Shown here piece after piece: positions 29,547-39,719 of a stretch of 64,000 bases of DNA; within the stretch, counting starts at the first letter, position 1, and every line of letters begins with the position of its first letter. The DNA lies in assembly GCA_965217585.1 (NCBI GenBank), contig OZ244561.1, forward strand, positions 5,024,001-5,088,000, in the 5' to 3' direction. The notes beneath the pieces are model-generated. The model was not told where the DNA came from, searched no databases, and saw only the letters and a program-made list of their open reading frames with translations. Position numbers and translations under genes: made by a program. This DNA is from Candidatus Latescibacterota bacterium. Its GTDB lineage: Bacteria; Latescibacterota; UBA2968; UBA8231.

Positions 29547-31667
29547 CTAACTCTCTAGCGCGTCTATGTCCTCGCCGAGGGCCGTGCGCATAAGTAGCTC
29601 CTGCATGCTGTGGCCTGGGGTGCCGCATTCGGGTTGGCGGCGGATGTACGTGCCGTCTGGGCGCATCTGCCGAGATTTGGCGCGGTCGGCGAGCGCGAGC
29701 GCGAGCAACTCGCGATAGATGCGCTGTTTCAGGTCCTGGTCCAAGATGGGGAAGACGACTTCGACCCGGCCGCGCAGGTTGCGATTCATCCAGTCCGCGC
29801 TGCCGAGCCAGACTTCCTCGTCGCCGCCGTTGGCAAAGTAAAAGACCCGGCTGTGCTCTAAGAAGCGGCCAATGATGCTGTACACGCGGATATTCTCGCT
29901 GATGTCGTCGAGGCCGGCGCGCAAGCAGCAGATGCCGCGCACGATCAGATCGATCTCGACGCCAGCTTGCGAGGCTTGGAAGAGTGCCCGGATGATCGCC
30001 GGGTCCATGAGGCCGTTCATCTTGGCGATGATGGCGGCTGGCCGGCCGGCGCGGGCATGTTGGCTCTCGCGCTCGATGCGGTCGAGCATGCCCTGCATCA
30101 GCCCGGCGGGGGCGACTAACAGTTTTTCGAATTGGCTGGCGCGGTTGTGGGCCGTGAGCAGGTTGAAGACCTCGGCCACCTCTGCGGTGATCGTCGGCTC
30201 CGCGGTAATCAGCCCCAGATCCGTGTAGAGCCGAGCGGTGGTATGGTTGTAATTGCCGGTGCCCAAGTGGGCGTAGCGGCGCAGGCGATCTTGGTCGCGG
30301 CGCACCAGCATGGAGAGCTTGCAATGGGTCTTCAGGCCCATGATGCCATAGATCACGTGGATGCCGCTGTCTTCGAGGCGCTTGGCCCACTCGATGTTGG
30401 CCGCTTCGTCGCCGCGGGCCTTTAGCTCGACGAGCACGGTCACTTCTTTGCGGCGCTCGACCGCGTCGATCAGCGCCTGCCCCACTTCTGAATCGTCGCC
30501 CGTGCGGTAGATGGTCTGTTTGATAGCCAACACTTTGGGGTCGTTGGCCGCCATGCTAATGAAGTCGGTAACCGTGGAAAACGACTCGTAGGGGTGGTGC
30601 AGGAGGATGTCGCTGGCGCGGATGGAGGCGAAGAAAGCCTCTGGTTCTTGGGGTAGGTCGCGCTCGACCGGCGCGAAGGGAGTGTCTTTGAGCGCGGGGC
30701 GCGGGACGAGGTCGTACAGGGCCATGACTCGGTGGAGATTGACCGGCCCGGCCGCCCTAAACACGAGGCTGTCGTCGAGGTCGAACTCTTGTTGCAAAAG
30801 CGATACTAACCGGTCGGGCGTACCCGCGGCGATTTCCAGCCGCACCGCATCGGCTTGACGCTGTTTGGTGACCTGCTCGGCAATTTCTTCCAGCAGGTTG
30901 TCGGCGTCCTCCTCGTTGACGTACAGCTCGCTGTTGCGGGTGATGCGGAACGGGGCCGAGCCGAGGACCTCGTAGCCGCGGAACAGTTCTCTGACCTCTA
31001 GGTCCATGATCCCGGCCAAGGTTACAAAGTGGCGACCGTCGCCTTGGCCTTGGTCGGGCAGACGCAGGATGCGCGGCAATACTCGCGGCACGGTCGCCAC
31101 GCCCATCATCGACTGGCCCTGTCCTTCGAGCAGGGCACCGATGCACAGGGCCTTGTTGAGTACGCGGGGGAAAGGATGGGCCGGATCGACGACGATAGGC
31201 GTGAGGATCGGTTCGAGCTCTTCTTCCCAGTATTGATGTACGAAGTCGAGGTGCTCGCCTTTGAGCTGGCGCGCCTCCCACAGGTGGATGCCCTCGGCGG
31301 CTAGGGCCGGAATGAGATCCTCGTTCCAGCAGCGATACTGTTCGGCGACCTGCTCGTGGGCTTGTTGGGCGATGCGCTCGAGCTGTTCGGCGGGGGTCAG
31401 GCCGTCGGGGCGACTGGGGTTGGCACCCGACTCGTGCAATTGCAGCAAGCCGGCGACCCGGATTTCGTAGAACTCGTCGAGATTGCTGGCGACGATGGCC
31501 ATGAACTTGACGCGCTCTAACAGGGGGTTGCGCTCGTCTTGGGCTTCTTCGAGTACGCGGGCGTTAAAGTCGAGCCACGAGAGTTCGCGATTGATATAGA
31601 GCGAGGGATGGTCGAGCGCGAGTTCGGATTGTGCGTTGGGTTCTCCCATCTGGTCTTTACTCTGCAT
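29547..31667 (-). CDS. ppk1: Polyphosphate kinase 1
   Basis: NRELSWLDFNARVL, SNLDEFYEIRVAG, HHPYESF, KTHCK, HLGTGNYN, RFLEHSR, SADWM.RN; start 31667 or 31649. Confidence 0.95.
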   Translation of the reverse strand: MQSKDQMGEPNAQSELALDHPSLYINRELSWLDFNARVLEEAQDERNPLLERVKFMAIVASNLDEFYEIRVAGLLQLHESGANPSRPDGLTPAEQLERIAQQAHEQVAEQYRCWNEDLIPALAAEGIHLWEARQLKGEHLDFVHQYWEEELEPILTPIVVDPAHPFPRVLNKALCIGALLEGQGQSMMGVATVPRVLPRILRLPDQGQGDGRHFVTLAGIMDLEVRELFRGYEVLGSAPFRITRNSELYVNEEDADNLLEEIAEQVTKQRQADAVRLEIAAGTPDRLVSLLQQEFDLDDSLVFRAAGPVNLHRVMALYDLVPRPALKDTPFAPVERDLPQEPEAFFASIRASDILLHHPYESFSTVTDFISMAANDPKVLAIKQTIYRTGDDSEVGQALIDAVERRKEVTVLVELKARGDEAANIEWAKRLEDSGIHVIYGIMGLKTHCKLSMLVRRDQDRLRRYAHLGTGNYNHTTARLYTDLGLITAEPTITAEVAEVFNLLTAHNRASQFEKLLVAPAGLMQGMLDRIERESQHARAGRPAAIIAKMNGLMDPAIIRALFQASQAGVEIDLIVRGICCLRAGLDDISENIRVYSIIGRFLEHSRVFYFANGGDEEVWLGSADWMNRNLRGRVEVVFPILDQDLKQRIYRELLALALADRAKSRQMRPDGTYIRRQPECGTPGHSMQELLMRTALGEDIDALES

Positions 31668-31678
31668 GAATGAGGGTG

Positions 31679-32482
31679 CTAGTCGAGCGCGGCAATGGTT
31701 GCCCGCACGAATCCCACCGACTCTTTGAGTGCTTCCCGGCGCTCGCCTTCGATGCCGCACTCGTAGGCCAAATACCCGCTAAAGCCGATGTCCTTGAGGG
31801 CCTGTAAGCCGGCGTGCCAATCGATATCGCCGGTGCCCGGCTGCATGCGCGTGTTGTCTGCCATGTGGACGTGGGCGACGTGGCGGCCCGCTTGGCGGAA
31901 GGCGGCGGGGGTGTCGGTCTCTTCGATGTGCATGTGGAAGAAGTCGCTGAGCAGGGCCACGCCTTGCGGGCTGCCGGCGCGTTCGATGATTTCGACGCCG
32001 TCGGCTTGGCGACGCAAGAGGTGTTGCTCGTAGCGGTTGAGGGGTTCCAAAAGGAGCAGGGTGCCCTTGCTGGCCGCCCAAGCGGCGAGGTCTTTGACCA
32101 ACTCGACGAGCAGGGCCTTCTCTAGGGAAATGGCGTCTTGGAGCGGCGAAAGGTCGGGGATGCGCGGCGGCCCAAAGATGGGGGGGACGATCTGGCCGAC
32201 GGCTTGAAAGTGCCCGCAGGCTGCTAGCTGGCGGCGGGTCTCGGCGAGGCTGTTGGCGCGCTTGCGCGGGTCTGGGTCGAGCCAGTCAAAGGTCTCTTGG
32301 CCGCAGATGGAAGCGATCTTGATGGAGCGGCCAGCGAGGGCCTTTTCGTACTGTTCGACGTGGTCGTACAGGCGCGAGCCGCCGCTGACTTCTAGACCTT
32401 CGATGGCGAGCGATTCGGCGAAATCGAGCTTCTCTGCGAGGCTTTCGCCGGGTAGCAGCCCTTCCTGTAAGGCGATTTTCAT
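31679..32482 (-). CDS. Sugar phosphate isomerase/epimerase (YcjR-like TIM barrel)
   Basis: LEPLNRYE, DFFHMHIEE, HVHMADN.R..PGTG. Confidence 0.85.
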   Translation of the reverse strand: MKIALQEGLLPGESLAEKLDFAESLAIEGLEVSGGSRLYDHVEQYEKALAGRSIKIASICGQETFDWLDPDPRKRANSLAETRRQLAACGHFQAVGQIVPPIFGPPRIPDLSPLQDAISLEKALLVELVKDLAAWAASKGTLLLLEPLNRYEQHLLRRQADGVEIIERAGSPQGVALLSDFFHMHIEETDTPAAFRQAGRHVAHVHMADNTRMQPGTGDIDWHAGLQALKDIGFSGYLAYECGIEGERREALKESVGFVRATIAALD

Positions 32483-32508
32483 GGCGTCCTTTCTGTGGCT
32501 GCCCAGCG

Positions 32509-33531
32509 TTAAAACTGGACGCCGAGCTTGATATTTGCTTCGGGTTGGGTGGCAATCTGGGGGTACGCGTCGAGCAGGTCGTCAAAGGATACGATGGGTT
32601 GCACGATGGGCAGGCAATCGACTTGGTCGCCAGCGAGCATGCGCCAGCAGACGTCGTAGATGCGGGTGTTGTCCCAATTGGGGTGGTCGGGGTTTGGCTC
32701 GCTGTTGGCGCGCGAGAACACGATGCGCGGCCGGTTCATATGGGCTTCGGCGCCCAAGTCCAGCCCCGTCGTCCACGCTGCGGGATACGCGCCGGCCACG
32801 ATCGTGCCCCGGTAGGCGACCCCGCGCAGGGCTTGCTGCATGGCCGCGGGATGGCCGCTGTAATCAATGATCACGTCCGCGCCACGGTTGGCAGTGGCCT
32901 TCTTTATCTCCACGCCGGCATCGCATTGGGTGGGGTCGAGGACGAGATTGGCTCCGCAGGCGCGCGCTACTTCGCGCCGGTTGGCCAGCGGATCGAGGGC
33001 GATGATGGGATGGGCTCCGGCCAAGCGGCAGAATTGCACGGCGATCAGGCCGATGGCCCCGAGGCCCGAGACGGCTACGGCGTCGCCGATGCGGACGTGC
33101 CCGTCGCGCACCGCGCCGAGGGCAAAATCCGCCGGGTCGAGGCAGACCGCGGCTTGCCAAGGTACGTCTGCGGGCAAGCGGCGTGCGGTTTCGGGCCAGA
33201 CGTGTTCCTCGCGGAATGGCCCGTAGGCAAAGACGCGGTCGCCTTCTTTGAGCTGCGTGACGCCCGGACCCAGCTCGACGACTTCGCCGACGCCCATGTT
33301 GCCCAGCGACACGGGGTATTGGACGCCCTCGCCCTGATAGTCGAAGATGCGCCGCTCGGAGTCGAAGCGACCGCGCGGGCCGGCGTATCCCTTAAAGAGC
33401 GACATTTCGGTGCCGTGCTTGGCGGCCGCGTACAGGCTTTTGACCCGGACTTGGCCTTGGGCCAGCGGTGGGGATGCGTATTCTTGAAAGGCCACTTGTT
33501 CGGCGGCCGGGGCGATGAGTGCTCGGGGCAT
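32509..33531 (-). CDS. Zinc-binding (MDR) dehydrogenase, YcjQ-like
   Basis: AKHGTE, GNMGVG, GLGAIG; adjacent to a YcjR-like gene; start ATG 33531. Confidence 0.8.
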   Translation of the reverse strand: MPRALIAPAAEQVAFQEYASPPLAQGQVRVKSLYAAAKHGTEMSLFKGYAGPRGRFDSERRIFDYQGEGVQYPVSLGNMGVGEVVELGPGVTQLKEGDRVFAYGPFREEHVWPETARRLPADVPWQAAVCLDPADFALGAVRDGHVRIGDAVAVSGLGAIGLIAVQFCRLAGAHPIIALDPLANRREVARACGANLVLDPTQCDAGVEIKKATANRGADVIIDYSGHPAAMQQALRGVAYRGTIVAGAYPAAWTTGLDLGAEAHMNRPRIVFSRANSEPNPDHPNWDNTRIYDVCWRMLAGDQVDCLPIVQPIVSFDDLLDAYPQIATQPEANIKLGVQF

Positions 33532-33611
33532 GGGACGACTCCGCTTGACGTTGGACGCGTTTTTGGGGTTTATAGCGAGCCAAAATATACACTTCATAGA
33601 GAGGATATGCC

Positions 33612-34574
33612 ATGCCAGAACGCGTACAGATCGTAGTGCCCGGCGACAATCCAACCCAGATCGCTGGTTCGCCGCATTTGCAGCGGCTCGCTCCCTACGG
33701 GGATATCACCCTCTTCGAGGATACGCCGCAAAGCGCGGATGAGAAAATCGCGCGGGCCGAGGGCGCGCAAATCATTATCAACACGCGCGGAGTCGTCACT
33801 TGGCGCGAGGAAATGCGCCGCTTGCCTGCGCTCAAGATGATTGCCACCTGCTCCATCGGCACGGACATGATCGACTTGGCGGTTGCCAAGGAACTCGGGA
33901 TTGTGGTGTCGAATCAGCCCGGCCGCACCGCGCCCGTGGTGGCCGAGCACATGTTCGGGCTGATGTTCGCCCTGTCCAAACGCGCCTATTTCCAGACCGC
34001 CGAGCTGAAGGCTGGCCGCTGGACGCGCAAGATGAACACCATGCTGCAGGGCAAGGTGTTAGGCGTGGTGGGCACGGGGCCGATTGGCGCGGAGATGGCG
34101 CGGTTGGGGCGGGCCATCGGCATGGAGGTCATCGCGTGGACCTTCAATCCGTCGCCTGAGCGCGCAGCCGAATACGGGGTGCGCTTCGTCGAACTCGACG
34201 AGCTGTTGCAGACCGCGGATGTGGTCAGCCTGCACGTGCAGTTGACCGAGGATACCCGGCACTTGCTCGGCGCGCGCGAGTTTGGCCTGATGAAGGAGGG
34301 GGCGTTGGTGTTGAACGGCGCGCGTGGCGATGTGCTGGATATCAACGCCTTGCGCGACGCCCTGTTGTCTGGGCATTTGGGCGGGGCTGGGCTGGACGTG
34401 TTTTCACAGGAGCCGCTGCCGAGCGACGATCCCATCCTCGATTGCGATCAGGTGGCGCTGACGCCGCATGCGGCGGATCAGACGCCCGAGGGGGTGGATT
34501 TGCTGAACGAGGGTGCGGCGGATAATGTGATCGCGTTTTTGGAGGGGCGGCCGCGGAATAATGTGGCGGTGTGA
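33612..34574 (+). CDS. D-isomer-specific 2-hydroxyacid dehydrogenase
   Basis: GTGPIG, VSLHV, NGARG, AGLDVF..EP, TPHAA. Confidence 0.88.
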   Translation: MPERVQIVVPGDNPTQIAGSPHLQRLAPYGDITLFEDTPQSADEKIARAEGAQIIINTRGVVTWREEMRRLPALKMIATCSIGTDMIDLAVAKELGIVVSNQPGRTAPVVAEHMFGLMFALSKRAYFQTAELKAGRWTRKMNTMLQGKVLGVVGTGPIGAEMARLGRAIGMEVIAWTFNPSPERAAEYGVRFVELDELLQTADVVSLHVQLTEDTRHLLGAREFGLMKEGALVLNGARGDVLDINALRDALLSGHLGGAGLDVFSQEPLPSDDPILDCDQVALTPHAADQTPEGVDLLNEGAADNVIAFLEGRPRNNVAV

Positions 34575-34619
34575 GATTGGGGCGGGGAAGGAAACAATAG
34601 GAGAAACTTATGAGTGAGG
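34410..34619 (+). repeat. Direct repeat copy 1: dehydrogenase 3' end, RBS and first codons of a kinase; copy 2 at 36348-36558
   Basis: agcgacgatcccatcctcgattgcgatcagg...aatgtggcggtgtga...gaaacaatagga.aaact.atgagtgagg occurs twice. Confidence 0.85.
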
Positions 34620-34740
34620 CGTTCTTTCATAGCCTCTAGGCTATTTTGTGTGTGTTTTACATGGTTGATTTGGAGTAGGAGTACAATAAAAGCATTTCGT
34701 CTTATCTACGACTGCCTTTGTGCCTGAAGGAGGTGCGTCC

Positions 34741-36291
34741 ATGAGCAAACGCAGACTACCCATCGGCATTCAGACTTTCCGCAAAATTCGGGCAGAGGAC
34801 TGCTACTACGTCGATAAAACCGCCTATATCCAGCGGCTGCTCGACGAGGGAACACACTACTTCCTGTCGCGTCCCCGGCGCTTTGGCAAGAGCCTGTTTT
34901 TGGACACGCTCAAGGAGCTGTTCGAGGGTAACGAGCCGTTGTTTGCCGGGCTGCACATTCACGACCATTGGGATTGGTCGGTGCGCCATCCAGTGCTGCG
35001 GCTCGACTTCAGTAGCGGCACCTACCAAGGGCCGGACGACTTGCAAAAGGAAGTGGCGGCGCAATTGAACGCTATGGAAGAGGAAGCGGAGGTCGTCCCG
35101 CGCGATGACGACACCGCTTCGGCTCGCTTCCGCCGTTTGATGAAGGTGCTGCACGAGCGCAGTGGTCAGCGCGTTGCGGTGCTAGTCGATGAGTACGACA
35201 AGCCGATTTTGGATGCGCTGGAAGTGCCGGAGGTCGCTCGCGCCAACCGCGACTTTCTGCGCGGCCTGTATTCGACCGTGAAGTTTGCCGACGCCCACAT
35301 CCGCTTCACGTTTATCACTGGGGTGAGCAAATTTTCCAAGGTCAGCCTGTTTTCTGGTCTCAACAATCTGAAGGACATCACCCTAGATGGGCGCTATTCG
35401 GCTCTCTGCGGCTATACCGAGGCGGACTTGGATACTGTGTTTGCACCGGAACTGCCCGGCTTGGACCGGGAGCAAATCCGCGATTGGTACAATGGATACC
35501 GTTGGCTCGGCGACGACAAGGTGTACAACCCCTTCGACATCCTGCTGCTGTTCGACAGCCGCGAGTTCAGAGCGTATTGGTTTGAGACCGGGACGCCGAC
35601 GTTTCTGGTCGAAACGCTGGGCAAGCGCCACGTTAGTTCGTTGGAACTAGGTGAGATGGTCGGCAGCGACGAGTTGCTATCGACCTTTGACGTGGATGAT
35701 ATAGCCACCGAGGCGCTGCTGTTCCAGACCGGCTACCTGACGATAATCGACGCCGAGGACTTGGGCGGCAAGCGGCTCTATTGCTTGGGCTATCCCAACC
35801 GGGAGGTGCGGCAGAGCCTCAACGAGAGCTTGCTGGGCTACTTGGTGCAGGACCCATCGCGGCAGATGGCCAACAGCGTCCGGCTCTACCGGCTGCTGGA
35901 AGCCAACGACTTCGCCGGGCTGGAGACGCTGTTCCACGCTTTCTTCGCCAGCATTCCCTACGAGTGGTATAACAACAACGACATCGCCGGCTATGAGGGC
36001 TACTACGCGAGCGTGTTCTACTCCTATTTCGCCGCGCTGGGATTGGACATCACAGTGGAGGATAGCAGCAGCCACGGTCGGCTGGACATGGCGGTTCTGT
36101 TCAACGGCACCGTCTATCTGTTCGAGTTCAAGGTGGTCGAGATGGCGTCAGCGGGTGCGGCGATGGCGCAGTTGCAGGAACGACGCTACGCGGACAAGTA
36201 TCGCGCCTTGGGGCAGCCGATTTACCTGATTGGCGTGGAATTCAGCAAGGATGAGCGCAACATCGCGGCGTTTGACGTGGAACGCGCCTGA
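34741..36291 (+). CDS. AAA-ATPase-like plus PD-(D/E)XK nuclease protein
   Basis: LPIGIQTF, YYVDKT, SRPRRFGKSL, LVDEYDKP, YWFETGTP, GRLD...LFEFK. Confidence 0.9.
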   Translation: MSKRRLPIGIQTFRKIRAEDCYYVDKTAYIQRLLDEGTHYFLSRPRRFGKSLFLDTLKELFEGNEPLFAGLHIHDHWDWSVRHPVLRLDFSSGTYQGPDDLQKEVAAQLNAMEEEAEVVPRDDDTASARFRRLMKVLHERSGQRVAVLVDEYDKPILDALEVPEVARANRDFLRGLYSTVKFADAHIRFTFITGVSKFSKVSLFSGLNNLKDITLDGRYSALCGYTEADLDTVFAPELPGLDREQIRDWYNGYRWLGDDKVYNPFDILLLFDSREFRAYWFETGTPTFLVETLGKRHVSSLELGEMVGSDELLSTFDVDDIATEALLFQTGYLTIIDAEDLGGKRLYCLGYPNREVRQSLNESLLGYLVQDPSRQMANSVRLYRLLEANDFAGLETLFHAFFASIPYEWYNNNDIAGYEGYYASVFYSYFAALGLDITVEDSSSHGRLDMAVLFNGTVYLFEFKVVEMASAGAAMAQLQERRYADKYRALGQPIYLIGVEFSKDERNIAAFDVERA

Positions 36292-36296
36292 GCAGG

Positions 36297-36513
36297 CGAG
36301 GCTGGTGGCACAATGCTTCTGCGACGGCGGCGGTGTTGCTCCGGCAGGGAGCCGATGTCAAGCGACGATCCCATCCTCGATTGCGATCAGGTGGTGCTGA
36401 CGCCTCATGCAGCCGATCAGACGCCCGAGGGGGTGGATTTGTTGAACGAGGGCACGGTGGATAATGTGATTGCGTTTTTGGAGGGGCGGTCGCGGAATAA
36501 TGTGGCGGTGTGA
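36297..36513 (+). pseudogene. Ankyrin-repeat scrap fused to a duplicated 3' end of the dehydrogenase
   Basis: aatgcttctgcgacggcggcggtgttgctccggcagggagccgatgtc matches the ankyrin repeats at 39.2-39.7 kb and 49.7-50.4 kb; the rest copies 34422-34574. Confidence 0.75.
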
Positions 36514-36868
36514 TGTGAGGACGAGGGATGAAACAATAGGATAAACTGATGAGTGAGGAACAGCAGCACCATTTAGCCCTGCCGCAGGGGACGCGGATAC
36601 GGGACTTTGAGTTTCACCGGGTCCTTGGCCATGGTGGATTCGGCATTACCTATCTGGGATGGAATGTCACCTTGGATATTCCGGTGGCGATCAAGGAGTA
36701 TCTGCCTACGGATTTGGCTACCCGCAAGGGTGACCAATCGGTCGTGCCGCAGTCGTCGCAGGTGGTGTCGGACTTCCAATGGGGCTTGGAACGCTTTTTG
36801 GACGAAGCCCGCACTTTGGCGCGGCTTCAACATCCCAACATCGTCCGCGTCCATCAATACTTTGAAGC

Positions 36869-37386
36869 GCATGGTACGGCGTATATCGCAATGGACTATG
36901 TGGAGGGGGAGGACTTGTCGGCGTATCTGACGCGCAAGGGGACGCTGCAAGAAGCCGAGCTTAAGGGCATTCTGTATCCACTGTTGGATGCCTTAGAAGT
37001 GGTGCATGGTGCTGATTTCCTGCATCGGGACATCAAGCCGGGCAATATCGTCCTGCGCGATGTGGATGGATCGCCTGTGTTGCTGGACTTTGGTGCGGCG
37101 CGTCAGGCGATAGGGGCGAAGAGTCGTGCATGGTACGGCGTATATCGCAATGGACTATGTGGAGGGGGAGGACTTGTCGGCGTATCTGACGCGCAAGGGG
37201 ACGCTGCAAGAAGCCGAGCTTAAGGGCATTCTGTATCCACTGTTGGATGCCTTAGAAGTGGTGCATGGTGCTGATTTCCTGCATCGGGACATCAAGCCGG
37301 GCAATATCGTCCTGCGCGATGTGGATGGATCGCCTGTGTTGCTGGACTTTGGTGCGGCGCGTCAGGCGATAGGGGCGAAGAGTCGT
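36869..37386 (+). repeat. Tandem duplication of 259 bp (36869-37127 and 37128-37386)
   Basis: gcatggtacggcgtatatc...ggggcgaagagtcgt repeated head to tail; appears identical and shifts the frame. Confidence 0.9.
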
Positions 37387-37956
37387 TCGGTTACGTCGAT
37401 TGTGACGCCGGGGTATGCACCGATAGAGCAGTATTCGAGTCGGGGGCGTCAGGGGGCTTGGACGGACATTTATGCGTTGGGTGGGGTGTGTTATCGGGCG
37501 TTGACCGGGGAGGTGCCCGACGATGCGACGGATAGGATGCGAGATGACCCGCTGATCCCGGTATCGCAACGGTGTGCGGGTCAAGCGAGTCGAGGGTTTC
37601 TTTTAGCGATAGATGTGGCGTTGTCGGTGGATGAGGGGGATCGTCCTCAGAGTGTTGGGGCTTGGCGGGCGGTGCTAGCGGCGGAGGTGGCGGAAGCGCA
37701 GGAACAGGCGGCGGATACGGCGAAAGCCCAGAAGGATGAGGTGAGTGACGCGACAATCGTGGGGCATGTGGAGCAGGACGCGCCGCCATCGGAGCCGCAG
37801 AAGAAGCCCTTGTTCAAGCGGCTTGCCGTAGTCTTGGGCGTGGTTGCTCTCTTGGTTGGGGGCAAAATGTATGTTGATCATGCCGAACAGGTAGCGTTGG
37901 AGAAGCAGCGTCAAGAACAAGCCGTAGAAAAAGCAAGACTAGCCGCCGAGCAGGCC

Positions 37957-38226
37957 GAGCAGCAGCGTCGGGAACAGGCGGCGTTAGAGCAGCAGCGTCA
38001 GGAGCAGGCAGCCTTAGAGCAGCAGCGTCGGGAACAGGCAGCCTTAGAGCAGCAGCGTCAGGAACAGGCGGCGTTGGAGCAGCAGCGTCGGGAACAGGCG
38101 GCGTTAGAGCAGCAGCGTCAGGAGCAGGCAGCGTTGGAGAAACAACGTCAGGAACAGGCGGCGTTAGAGCAGCAGCGTCAGGAGCAGGCAGCGTTGGAGA
38201 AACAACGTCAGGAACAGGCGGCATTA
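37957..38226 (+). repeat. 30-bp coding tandem repeat x9 (E[Q/K]QR[R/Q]EQAAL); a tenth unit follows the IS
   Basis: Units such as gagcagcagcgtc(a/g)gga(a/g)caggc(a/g)gc(g/c)tt(a/g). Confidence 0.9.
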
Positions 38227-39158
38227 GAGGCTGTCTGAAAACCCTTGCTGTAGCCCGTATTTGAATCGGCGTACTCATCGGGCCATATTCAGGTTTCGCT
38301 ACAAAATCTGAACAGAAAGGCTCGTATGATGAGTACGCCTAGTGGCCAATATGCCACCGATGTAACCGATGCGCAATGGCGGCGGATCGAACCGTTGCTG
38401 CCGGCTTCGACTTGGCAACCGAACGGTCCGGGTCGGCCGCCGCGGGATCAACGCCAGATGGTCAACGGCCTTTTGTATTTGACCAAGACCGGGTGTCCTT
38501 GGGCGCTGCTGCCTTCTTGCTTTGGGCCGTGGAAAACGGTGTATGATTACTTTCGTCGCTGGAGTCTACAAGGGGTCTGGCCACAGGTATTGGATCGACT
38601 CACCCAGCGAGAACGCCGCCTTAACGGACGGGCCCCTCAGCCGTCGGCTGGTTGTGTCGATAGTCAGACGATCAAGACGGCAACCCACGGTAAAACAACC
38701 GGTTATGACGCCGGCAAAAAGATCCAAGGACGTAAACGTCATCTGTTGGTCGACACCTCGGGCTTGCTTAGAGAGGTGGTGGTCACCGCCGCCGATGTAG
38801 ACGATCGCGACGGCTTGAAGCAGGTGTTGACCCGCTATAGTACTCCCGACGTACCCCGGTTACGCAAACTGTGGGTCGATGGCGGCTATCGAGGCGATCC
38901 GATCCGAACGTGGGTGGCCAACCTAAAAAAGACGCACAAAATAGACTTGGAAGTCGTCGCCAAACAAGGCGGCGGATTTACCGTAGTCAAACGTCGTTGG
39001 GTCGTCGAGCGCACGTTTGCGTGGTTGATGAATTTTCGCCGCCATGCCCGAGATTATGAGGTGTTGACCCGCCATAGCGAGGCCTTGATTCAGATTGCCA
39101 TGATCCACTTGCTACTCAAACGGATCAAATAGAAAAAATGGAGTTTTCAGACAGCCTC
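38227..39158 (+). mobile_element. IS5-family element (IS1031-like), complete, 932 bp
   Basis: Perfect 16-bp TIR GAGGCTGTCTGAAAAC / GTTTTCAGACAGCCTC; TTA target duplication at 38224-38226 and 39159-39161. Confidence 0.95.
38326..39132 (+). CDS. IS5-family transposase
   Basis: TD.QW..IEPLLP, TGCPW..LP, VDSQ, GYDAGKK..GRKRH..VDT.G, RWVVERTFAW. Confidence 0.93.
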   Translation: MMSTPSGQYATDVTDAQWRRIEPLLPASTWQPNGPGRPPRDQRQMVNGLLYLTKTGCPWALLPSCFGPWKTVYDYFRRWSLQGVWPQVLDRLTQRERRLNGRAPQPSAGCVDSQTIKTATHGKTTGYDAGKKIQGRKRHLLVDTSGLLREVVVTAADVDDRDGLKQVLTRYSTPDVPRLRKLWVDGGYRGDPIRTWVANLKKTHKIDLEVVAKQGGGFTVVKRRWVVERTFAWLMNFRRHARDYEVLTRHSEALIQIAMIHLLLKRIK

Positions 39159-39719
39159 TTAGAAAAGCAACGTCAGGAGGAACAGGCAGTACTAAAAGAG
39201 GCAAGGGCGTCGTACAGTCTGCACAAGGCGGCGAGGAACAATGCTTCTGAGACGGTCGAGGTGTTGCTCAATGGGGGAGCCGATGCCAACGCCAAAGACA
39301 ACAGTGGCAATACGCCGCTGCACGGGGCGGCGTGGAACAATGCTGCTAAGGCGGCCTTGGTGTTGCTCAATGGGGGAGCCGATGTCCACGCCAAAACCAA
39401 CGCTGGCTTTACGCCGCTGCACGTGGCGGCGGCGGAGGATGCTTCTGCGATGGCGGAGGTGTTGCTCAAACAGGGAGCCGATGTCCACGCCAAAACCAAC
39501 GCTGGCTTTACGCCGCTGCACGTGGCGGCGGCGGAGGATGCTTCTGCGATGGCGGAGGTGTTGCTCAAACAGGGAGCCGATGTCCATGCCAAAGACAGAT
39601 TTGGCCATATGCCGCTGCACTATGCGGCGCGGAATAATGCTTCTGCGACGACCAAGGTCTTGCGTCGTTACGGCGGTCGAAAGTGAAACAAGCTGATTTT
39701 TGAAATAATCGGAGATGCT

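Larger units (their letters stand above)
36549..39686 (+). pseudogene. Kinase K1: Ser/Thr kinase-TM-coiled coil-ankyrin, disrupted by a 259-bp duplication and an IS5
   Basis: GHGGFG, VAIKE, HRDIKPGN, DFG, GYAPIEQ; removing both lesions restores one ORF paralogous to 48277-50400. Confidence 0.85.
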
